Positions 18,337 to 25,847 of a stretch of DNA of 64,000 nucleotides are shown here, one piece after another. Position 1 is the first letter of the stretch. Every line of letters begins with the position of its first letter. Source of the DNA: Actinomycetota bacterium. GTDB lineage: Bacteria; Acidobacteriota; Blastocatellia; Chloracidobacteriales; Chloracidobacteriaceae. Below the pieces are notes generated by a model. The model saw only the letters and a program-made list of their open reading frames with translations, made no database searches and was not told the origin of the DNA. The stretch is taken from contig JAYRXR010000207.1 of the NCBI GenBank assembly GCA_041917435.1, positions 1-64,000 of the forward strand. The letters are read 5' to 3'. The translations under genes were made by a program, and so were the position numbers.

Positions 18337-20892
18337 ATGTCTCTCCCGCGCGACGATGAAACGTTTCCCGACTTTGCCGAAACGCTGAATGCATCCGACG
18401 CGCATTCGGAACTCGGCCCGAATTACGTTGGAACGCTTCTTCACGAACGCTACGTCATCGAACGGGAACTCGGAAGGGGCAGTATCGGCGTCGTGTATTT
18501 CGCCCGCGACCGCCACCTCCACGAACGCCCGGTGGTCGTCAAGGTTCTCCTTGAAAAATCCGTCGTCAACGACTGGGCGCGTCGCAAATTCAAACAGGAA
18601 GCCGAAGCGCTCGCCCGCATCGACCATCCCGGCATCGTCAACGTGCTCGACGCCGGCGAAATGCCCGATGGGAATCCGTTTCTGGTCATGCAGTACATCG
18701 ACGGATACACCCTGCGCGGCGCGCTGCTTTCCGGACCGCTGCCGCCGCGAGTGGTGCTTCGCTACGTCACGCAGATTGCCAGCGCCCTCGACGCCGCGCA
18801 CCGGGTCGGCATCTTTCATCGCGACCTCAAACCCGAAAACATCATGATCAACCGCGCGGGCGGCGATCAGATAAAAATCATCGACTTCGGCATCGCGCTT
18901 GTCACCGATTCGCAGGTCGCCGCCGAAACCGGCTCGTCATTCGTGGCCGGGACCGTCCTTTACATGTCCCCGGAACAGCTTCGGTCGCTGCCGATTACCG
19001 GCGCGAGCGACCAGTTCGCCCTCGGCGTCATCACGTTTGAAATGCTGACCGGGAAACGGCCGTTTTTGCCGAAGACGATGTTCGAGATGCTCGATCTGCA
19101 CCGGGCCGGACCGGCGCGGAAGCCGACCGAGATGAATTCCGGGCTGCCGGCGCTGGTGGACGTCGTCGTCGGGCGCGCGCTGGCCTACGAAGCCGACAGC
19201 CGCTTTTCAAACGTGGTGGCGTTTGCCGAAGCCCTCGGAAACGCGCTCGGGGAAGCCGAATTTCTACCGACTGAAATTCCCCAAGGCAGTACCCGCCACG
19301 CGAGCGGCGAAAACACCGACCCGCCCGCCGGAAAAACCGTTCAAGGGGACCGGGAAACGGTTCGTGTCGCCACGCCAAACCGACTCCGGACGGCGGCGCT
19401 GGCGGGAATCCTGGTTCTCGGGGCCGGCGGCGGATATTACGGCTGGCGGCAGCTTGAGTTGAAAAAACAGACCGAAAAAATCGGTTCGCGGCTCCCCGGG
19501 GTCAGAACGCTTGCCATTCTCCCCTTCCGGAACCTCAGACCTGATCCGCAGTCGGACTACCTCGGAGCCTCGCTGGCCGACGGCGTGGTCACCAAGCTCG
19601 GGTATGTCCGGAACCTGGTGGTCCGTCCCACGGTTTCGAACGAAAAGTACCGCGACCAGGATTTCGACCCGCGCGCCGTGGCCGCCGAACTGAAGGTGGA
19701 CACCCTTCTGACCGGGACCTATCTCAAGGAAGGCAAAACCATCCGGATCACTCTCCGGCTCATCGATACGGCGTCGAATACCTACCTCTGGCAGGAATCG
19801 CTCGACGTCAGCGATGAAAAACTGCTGACGGTGCAGGACCGCGTGGCGGGCCAGGTGCTGGCCGGCCTGCATGTCTCCCTCAGTCAGGGCGAGCAGGACA
19901 TGATCGCCAGGGAGAAGCCGAAAAGCCCCGAGGCCTACGAATTCTACCTGCGCGGCGTGGACTGCTATCTGCGGAGCGAATACCGCGCCGCCGTGGAATT
20001 GCTGGAACAATCGGTCGAACGCGACGGGGGCTACGCGCCGGCGTGGGCGCACCTCGGACGCGCCCACACAGCCTGCGCATCGTTCAAGTTCGGCGGCAAG
20101 GATGATTACGAAAAGGCCGCCGCGGCCTACCGCCTGGCGCTCGCCATCAATCCGCAGCAAATCGAGGCCAACGTTTTTCTCGCCAATTTTCTGACCGACA
20201 CCAATCGGGTCGAGGAGGCGGTCCCGCTGCTTCAGGCCGCGCTGAAATCCAACCCGAACCATGCCGAAGCGCATTGGGAAATGGGCTACGCCTTTCGCTA
20301 TGCCGGGATGCTCGATGAGTCCATCCGGGAATGTGAAACCGCGCGCCGGATCGACCCGGAAGTCAAACTCCGCAGTTCGGCGATGAATGCCTACTTCTAT
20401 CGGGGACGCTACGCCGATTTCGTCAAAAGCCTTCCGGAAGGCGACGAATCGGCCTTCCTCGTCTTCTATCGCGGGTTCGGCAAATACTACGCCGGGGACC
20501 TCAAAGGGGCCAAAGCCGATCTTGAAAAAGCCCATTCGATCGACCCCACGCTTTTGTTCACCCAGGTCGGTTTTTCACTGGCTCGCGCCGGCGAAGGCGA
20601 CCGGCAGACCGGCATTCGCCTGATGCGCGGCCTTGAAGCCAAAATCGACGCCAATGAAATCGGCGACGCCGAGGGAATCTACAAGGTCGCCCAGGCCTAT
20701 GCCGTATGCGGGGAACGGGCCGCCGCCCTGCGCGTTCTCAGACACAGCGTCGGCAACGGATTTTTCTGTTACCCCTACATTGCCGAGGATCCGCTGCTGG
20801 CCGGGATCCACGGCGAAAAAGCCTTCTCGGACATTCTTCAAACCGCAAAAATCCGCCACGAAGCCTTCATAAAACGGTTCGGCATGCGCTGA
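18337..20892 (+). CDS. serine/threonine protein kinase with TM, periplasmic sensor domain and C-terminal TPR repeats
   Basis: Hanks kinase motifs are present (VAVK-like VVVKVL, HRDLKPEN, DFG, SPE). A TM segment is followed by the LAILPF...ITLRLID sensor module common in Acidobacteria/Deltaproteobacteria kinases, then TPR repeats. Confidence 0.8.
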   Translation: MSLPRDDETFPDFAETLNASDAHSELGPNYVGTLLHERYVIERELGRGSIGVVYFARDRHLHERPVVVKVLLEKSVVNDWARRKFKQEAEALARIDHPGIVNVLDAGEMPDGNPFLVMQYIDGYTLRGALLSGPLPPRVVLRYVTQIASALDAAHRVGIFHRDLKPENIMINRAGGDQIKIIDFGIALVTDSQVAAETGSSFVAGTVLYMSPEQLRSLPITGASDQFALGVITFEMLTGKRPFLPKTMFEMLDLHRAGPARKPTEMNSGLPALVDVVVGRALAYEADSRFSNVVAFAEALGNALGEAEFLPTEIPQGSTRHASGENTDPPAGKTVQGDRETVRVATPNRLRTAALAGILVLGAGGGYYGWRQLELKKQTEKIGSRLPGVRTLAILPFRNLRPDPQSDYLGASLADGVVTKLGYVRNLVVRPTVSNEKYRDQDFDPRAVAAELKVDTLLTGTYLKEGKTIRITLRLIDTASNTYLWQESLDVSDEKLLTVQDRVAGQVLAGLHVSLSQGEQDMIAREKPKSPEAYEFYLRGVDCYLRSEYRAAVELLEQSVERDGGYAPAWAHLGRAHTACASFKFGGKDDYEKAAAAYRLALAINPQQIEANVFLANFLTDTNRVEEAVPLLQAALKSNPNHAEAHWEMGYAFRYAGMLDESIRECETARRIDPEVKLRSSAMNAYFYRGRYADFVKSLPEGDESAFLVFYRGFGKYYAGDLKGAKADLEKAHSIDPTLLFTQVGFSLARAGEGDRQTGIRLMRGLEAKIDANEIGDAEGIYKVAQAYAVCGERAAALRVLRHSVGNGFFCYPYIAEDPLLAGIHGEKAFSDILQTAKIRHEAFIKRFGMR

Positions 20893-21042
20893 CGCTTCTT
20901 TCATTGCGAACCATTCGAACCCGATGTTAGATTCATCACGTTTCAAACGAAGCTGAACGACCAACCAATCCGAAAGCGCGACCCGCCCCGTACGCCAGCG
21001 AGGATTCACAACTCCTTGTAAAAGCGTGCCTTGGGGAAACTT

Positions 21043-22458
21043 ATGGCTGATGCCTACGATTTGATCGTCATCGGAGCCGGTTCCGGCGGCCTGACCGCCG
21101 CAGGCTTCGCCGCGCAACTTGGCGCGAAGGTGGCGCTCGTCGAAAAACACCGCGTCGGCGGCGACTGCACCTGGACCGGCTGCGTGCCGAGCAAGGCGCT
21201 TTTAAAAGCCGGAAAAATCGCTCACGAAGTTCGCAACGCGGCCCATTACGGCATCGTCGCCGAGCCGCCGCGCGTGGATATGGCGAAGGTGCGCGATTAC
21301 GTCCGGAGCATCGTCGAGGAAGTCTACAGCCACGAAACGCCGGACAAACTTCGCCACGAAGGCATCGAGGTCTTCATCGCGCCGGCGAAGTTCATCGACG
21401 CCCACACGATTTCGGCGGGCGATCAGACGCTGACCGCGAAGTACTTCCTCATCTGCACCGGCGCGCATCCGTCCGATCCCGGCATTCCGGGAATCGCCGA
21501 CGTGCCCTACATCACCTACGAGCAGATTTTCGACAACGACGTGCTTCCCGACCGCCTGCTCGTCGTCGGGGCCGGTCCAATCGGGATGGAAATGGCGCAG
21601 GCGTACCAGCGGCTCGGTTCAAAGGTGACGATGATCGCCCGGCGGCTGCTCCCGAAGGAAGAACCCGAGGTTTCCGAAGTCATCGAGCGCGTCTGCGGAC
21701 GCGAAGGCATGCGGTTTTTAAAAGGTCGCGCCACGTCGGCCCGGATGGACGGCGCGGAAATCGTGGTCGAAACCGACGCGGGCGAGGCGCGCGGCGACAT
21801 GCTGCTCGTCGCCTCCGGACGCAAACCGACGGTCCACGGTCTCGATCTCGAAAAGGCGGGCGTGAACTTTTCCGAAAAGGGCATTCCGGTCGATTCCACC
21901 CTGCGAACCAACGTCAAACACATCTTCGCGGCGGGCGACGTGGTCGGAAGCCACCAGTTCACCCATTTCGCGGGCTGGCAGGCGTTTCAGGCGGTCCGAA
22001 ACGCGCTGCTGGTCGGCAGTACTTCAGGTTTTACCGATGTCGTGCCGTGGGTCACTTTCACCGACCCCGAAGTCGCCCACGTCGGGCTGACCGAAGCCGA
22101 GGCCCGCGCGCGATTCGAAAAAATCGGGACCGAAATCAGGGTGACGCGCTGGGAAATGGCCCGGACCGACCGCGCCCTGTGCGACAACGACGGCGACGGG
22201 TTCATCAAGGTCATTACCAAGGCCGACGGCACGCTGCTCGGCGCGACGATGGTCGCCGGACGCGCGGGCGAGGCGATTACCGAGTTCATTCTCGCCCTGA
22301 AAAACGGCCTGAAAGTGGCCGATCTGGCGAATGCGATTCATGCGTACCCGACCTACTCGACCGCCGTTCAACAACTGGCGGCGGGGGTCGCGGTCGAGAA
22401 CTTCCTCACCGGGACGGCGGGCAAAATCGTCCGAAGTCTTTCGAAAATCATCCGTTAA
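21043..22458 (+). CDS. class I pyridine nucleotide-disulfide oxidoreductase (dihydrolipoamide dehydrogenase/mercuric reductase-like)
   Basis: FAD motif GAGSGG, redox-active CTWTGC (CxxxxC), an NAD GxGxxG motif and a C-terminal dimerisation domain. An ATG at 21043 is preferred over the TTG at 21031. Confidence 0.75.
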   Translation: MADAYDLIVIGAGSGGLTAAGFAAQLGAKVALVEKHRVGGDCTWTGCVPSKALLKAGKIAHEVRNAAHYGIVAEPPRVDMAKVRDYVRSIVEEVYSHETPDKLRHEGIEVFIAPAKFIDAHTISAGDQTLTAKYFLICTGAHPSDPGIPGIADVPYITYEQIFDNDVLPDRLLVVGAGPIGMEMAQAYQRLGSKVTMIARRLLPKEEPEVSEVIERVCGREGMRFLKGRATSARMDGAEIVVETDAGEARGDMLLVASGRKPTVHGLDLEKAGVNFSEKGIPVDSTLRTNVKHIFAAGDVVGSHQFTHFAGWQAFQAVRNALLVGSTSGFTDVVPWVTFTDPEVAHVGLTEAEARARFEKIGTEIRVTRWEMARTDRALCDNDGDGFIKVITKADGTLLGATMVAGRAGEAITEFILALKNGLKVADLANAIHAYPTYSTAVQQLAAGVAVENFLTGTAGKIVRSLSKIIR

Positions 22459-22459
22459 A

Positions 22460-22585
22460 CAGTGGCCAGCAGTCAGCAGCCAGTGGTCAGTATTTGAATC
22501 AACCTTGTCAAACTTCAACGTCACCTTTTGAAATAATGGCAACTGGCGACTGACCACTGACGACCGGCAACTGACTACTGACCCA
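22460..22585. repeat. STR-armed hairpin (cagtggt family)
   Basis: Left arm cagtggccagcagtcagcagccagtggtcagt, a ~47-nt loop and right arm gcaactggcgactgaccactgacgaccggcaactgactactgaccc. Confidence 0.5.
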
Positions 22586-22601
22586 CAAGGAGCCGTTTTC
22601 A

Positions 22602-24134
22602 ATGAGTGAACCGACCGCTGTCGTCGAACCGACTGTCGCGCCGCCGCCTCCGAAAAAGAAGGATGCCGACTATGTTTTTCTCGAACTGACCCGCAGTATC
22701 TGTTCGGAATGCAAAAAGGTGCTGGACGCCCACGTCATCGTCCGGAACAACAAGGTCTACATGCGGAAACGCTGCGACTGCGAGGCGACCGGGGGCAAGA
22801 CGATCGAATCGCTGATCTATTCCGACGCGAACGCCTACATTCACAACGTCCGCTACAACAAGCCGGGCACGATTCCGCTGCATTACAACAGTGAAGTCGT
22901 CGAAGGCTGCCCGCATGACTGCGGCCTCTGCCCCGACCACCAGCAGCACACCTGCCTCGGCATCATCGAAGTCAACAGCTACTGCAACATGGATTGCCCG
23001 CTGTGCTTCGCCGAAGCCGGTCCGGGCTTCCAGCTCACGATGGAAGAAGTCGTGGACATTCTCGACAACTTCGTGAAGGCCGAGGGCCGGGCGGAAGTGG
23101 TGCAGTTTTCGGGCGGCGAGCCGAGTATCCACCCGCAGATTCTCGACTTCATGCGCGAGGCCAAGAAGCGTCCGATCAACCTCGTGATGCTCAACACCAA
23201 CGGCAAGCGCATTGCCAAGGACGACCAGTTTCTCGAAGAACTCGCCGAAATCCGGCCCGCCATCTACTTCCAGTTCGACGGCTTCGACAAGGAGACGTAC
23301 CGCGTCATCCGCGGCGAGGAAAACATCCTCGAAGAAAAGCTCAGGGCGCTCGACCGGCTGGCTGAAAAAGGCATGTCCGTGGTGCTCGTGCCGGCCATCG
23401 AACGCGGCGTCAACGACCATGAAGTCGGCAGGATCGTGAAGTTCGCGATGGAGCACCCGGCGGTGCGCGGGGTCAACTTCCAGCCCGCGTTCCACGCCGG
23501 ACGCCACATGGACCACGACCCGATGCAGCGCATGACGATTCCCGACATCGTCGGCATGATCGAGACGCAGACCGAGGAAATGTTCAAGAAGAGCGACTTC
23601 ATCCCCGTTCCCTGCTGCTTCCCGACCTGCAATTCGGTGACCTACGCCTTCATTGAAAACGGCAACGTAACGCCGCTGCCGCGCGTGGTGAACGTCTACG
23701 ATTACCTCGACTACATCACGAACAAGGTCCTGCCGGACTACAGTTCGGAGATCAAGATCGCGCTGGAAGGGCTGTGGTCGTCCTCGACCGCGCCGGGCAC
23801 GCAGAAAAACGCCGAGGACTTCCAGGTTTCCTGCCAGGCGTGCGGTTTCGAGTCGTTCAGCATCGGCGACATCGCCAAGAACGTGAAGATGATCATGATG
23901 CAGGACTTCATGGACCCGCACACCTTCAATCAGAAGAACCTGATGAAGTGCTGCAAGGAATTCCTGCTGCCGGGCGGCAAGCAGGTGCCGTTCTGTTCCT
24001 ACAACACGATCGGCTACCGCGAACAGGCCCGCGAACAGCTCGACGAGATGGAATGGGAGCGCAAACTGGCGAAGAAAGAAGGCAAGCCTTTCGAGGTTCG
24101 CCCGGTGACATTCTCGTTCAAGGACAAGAAATAA
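22602..24134 (+). CDS. radical SAM enzyme with N-terminal Cys4 ribbon and two auxiliary Cys clusters (tetraether/membrane-spanning lipid synthase-like)
   Basis: AAGGAG RBS. CSEC...CDC forms a rubredoxin/Zn-ribbon-like site. An auxiliary CPHDCGLCPDHQQHTC motif precedes the radical SAM CNMDCPLC (CX3CX2C) and GGEP motifs. C-terminal Cys motifs (CCFPTC, CQAC, CC...C) follow. Length 510 aa. Confidence 0.7.
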   Translation: MSEPTAVVEPTVAPPPPKKKDADYVFLELTRSICSECKKVLDAHVIVRNNKVYMRKRCDCEATGGKTIESLIYSDANAYIHNVRYNKPGTIPLHYNSEVVEGCPHDCGLCPDHQQHTCLGIIEVNSYCNMDCPLCFAEAGPGFQLTMEEVVDILDNFVKAEGRAEVVQFSGGEPSIHPQILDFMREAKKRPINLVMLNTNGKRIAKDDQFLEELAEIRPAIYFQFDGFDKETYRVIRGEENILEEKLRALDRLAEKGMSVVLVPAIERGVNDHEVGRIVKFAMEHPAVRGVNFQPAFHAGRHMDHDPMQRMTIPDIVGMIETQTEEMFKKSDFIPVPCCFPTCNSVTYAFIENGNVTPLPRVVNVYDYLDYITNKVLPDYSSEIKIALEGLWSSSTAPGTQKNAEDFQVSCQACGFESFSIGDIAKNVKMIMMQDFMDPHTFNQKNLMKCCKEFLLPGGKQVPFCSYNTIGYREQAREQLDEMEWERKLAKKEGKPFEVRPVTFSFKDKK

Positions 24135-24213
24135 ACACAGAGACACAAAGTCACGAAGACACAAAGATTCCTTTCTTTTCTTCGTGCCTTCGTGACTTTG
24201 TGCCTTCGTGTTG
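24135..24213. repeat. STR-armed hairpin (cacaaag/cacgaag family) between rSAM and methyltransferase genes
   Basis: aacacagagacacaaagtcacgaagacacaaag-attcctttcttttc-ttcgtgccttcgtgactttgtgccttcgtgtt. Confidence 0.5.
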
Positions 24214-24230
24214 AAACAAAGGAGTTTCCG

Positions 24231-25037
24231 ATGAGCACTTCAGCGGTCGAGCAACAGTCGCCCGAAAACGTCAAATCCTGCTGCGCCAACTTTTATGAAA
24301 GCGAAGCCGTCCGGTTTCTGTTCGGTGATTCGTTCCATCCGGGCGGACTCGCCCTCACCGAACGCCTCGGCGTGGTGGTCGGCCTGACCGCCGACTCGAA
24401 AGTCCTCGACGTCGCCTCCGGCAAGGGGACGAGCGCCTTTCATCTCGCCCAAAAGTTCGGCTGCTCGGTCATCGGCGTCGATTTCGGCAAGGAAAACGTC
24501 CGTGAATCCAACGAACGCGCCGCGCAAGTCGGCCTCGCCGACAAGGTGTCGTTCATTCAGGGCGACGCCGAAAATCTGCCGTTCGGGGACGCCGAGTTCG
24601 ACGCCATCGTCTGCGAATGCGCCTACTGCACGTTTCCCGACAAACCGAAAGCCGCGACCGAGTTCTTCCGGGTCCTGAAAACCGGCGGTCGGGTCGGCCT
24701 GAGCGATCTCACCCGTAACGGGAAACTCAACGAAGACCTTGAAACGCTGCTGGCGTGGGTCGCCTGCATCGCCGATGCGCAACCCATCGAAGAATACGCC
24801 GCGCTGCTGAAAGGCGGCGGATTCAATGTGGACATTCTTGAACCGCACAACGATGCGCTCGGCGAGATGGTCAACGGCGTCAGAATGAAGCTGATGGGCG
24901 CGGAACTGATGGTCGGATTGAAGAAACTCGATCTTCCGGGCGTCGATTTCCCGAAGGCCAAGCGCGTGACGCAGAGTTCGGTCGAGGCCATCAACAACGG
25001 TACGCTCGGGTACGCCATCGTCTGCGGCGTGAAATAG
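24231..25037 (+). CDS. arsM: ArsM-type (arsenite) SAM-dependent methyltransferase
   Basis: AAGGAG RBS at 24218. The N-terminal SCC, the class I MTase GxGxG region (LDVASGKG), and Cys in VCECAYC and WVACIAD align with the As-binding cysteines of characterised ArsM. Confidence 0.6.
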   Translation: MSTSAVEQQSPENVKSCCANFYESEAVRFLFGDSFHPGGLALTERLGVVVGLTADSKVLDVASGKGTSAFHLAQKFGCSVIGVDFGKENVRESNERAAQVGLADKVSFIQGDAENLPFGDAEFDAIVCECAYCTFPDKPKAATEFFRVLKTGGRVGLSDLTRNGKLNEDLETLLAWVACIADAQPIEEYAALLKGGGFNVDILEPHNDALGEMVNGVRMKLMGAELMVGLKKLDLPGVDFPKAKRVTQSSVEAINNGTLGYAIVCGVK

Positions 25038-25055
25038 TCCGCCACGGTTTGAACT

Positions 25056-25103
25056 TTCGTGAAGTCCGGTCGTCCGGCGGGACTTCACGCTTTCCCTTTT
25101 TCA
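25056..25103 (+). terminator. intrinsic terminator after methyltransferase gene
   Basis: cgtgaagtcc-ggtcgtccggcg-ggacttcacg followed by ctttccctttttc. Confidence 0.5.
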
Positions 25104-25148
25104 AAACAACAAGGAGTTTTTCACCCCCAATAAGAAAGGACAGAAACG

Positions 25149-25835
25149 ATGGACGCACCAAAGCGCGTTTTTTCGAAAATGCTCCTCCTGGTCGCCGCGA
25201 TTTTCTGTTGTACATCTGGAATCGTCGCCCAAAGCTCCCAAAAAACCGATAATCAGGTCTGGCCCGAAATCGACCTCGACATCGGCATCACCAAGCGCGT
25301 CACCTTCAACATGTTCACCTATCTCCGGGAAGGTCATGATTTTTCCTATCCGGTCAACGATGAACTCGGGGTCGGATTCACCTACAAATTCAACGACCAT
25401 TTTTCGCTGACCCCGCTCTATCGGGGCTTCATCAACCAGACGCCCGGTCAGAAAAGAGTCACCGAGCATTTCTTCACGCTCGATGGAATGGTCCGCGCCT
25501 CGGCCAAAACATTGAACTTCGCCGACCGCAACCGCCTCGAACTGGGTTCCTCGAACGACCGTTTCGCCTCGTTTTACCGGAACCGGCTTGAAATCAACCG
25601 TCCGGTCAAGGTCAGTGACCATGGCGTCACGCCCTACGTTCAGCAGGAGTTTTTCTACAACCTGCGCGAAAACCGCATCGTGCGGGACGAGTTCACCGCC
25701 GGTCTGCGCGTGCCGGTTCACCAGAACGTGACCGTCAGCGGGTACTACCTGCGGCAATTCAATTTCAGTCGCGGGGCAACCGACGCCAATGTCATCGGCG
25801 CGGCGCTCAGTTTCAGTTTCAACATGAAGAAATAG
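25149..25835 (+). CDS. putative outer-membrane beta-barrel protein (DUF2490-like)
   Basis: Signal peptide (MLLLVAAIFCCTSGIVAQS) followed by an alternating hydrophobic beta-strand pattern with aromatic-rich Y/F residues. Confidence 0.4.
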   Translation: MDAPKRVFSKMLLLVAAIFCCTSGIVAQSSQKTDNQVWPEIDLDIGITKRVTFNMFTYLREGHDFSYPVNDELGVGFTYKFNDHFSLTPLYRGFINQTPGQKRVTEHFFTLDGMVRASAKTLNFADRNRLELGSSNDRFASFYRNRLEINRPVKVSDHGVTPYVQQEFFYNLRENRIVRDEFTAGLRVPVHQNVTVSGYYLRQFNFSRGATDANVIGAALSFSFNMKK

Positions 25836-25847
25836 GGGAAACCAGCC

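Noticed and set aside
22602-24134. Interpretation of the rSAM as ArsS (arsenosugar synthase) because of the adjacent ArsM
   Set aside because: ArsS-type rSAM proteins are ~350 aa and lack the N-terminal Cys4 ribbon and extra cluster motifs. Kept only as an alternative.
22599-24164. 521-aa minus-strand ORF antisense to the radical SAM gene
   Set aside because: It is a shadow ORF typical of high-GC DNA. It is His/Arg/Val-rich with no domain, and the plus-strand gene has clear motifs and an RBS.
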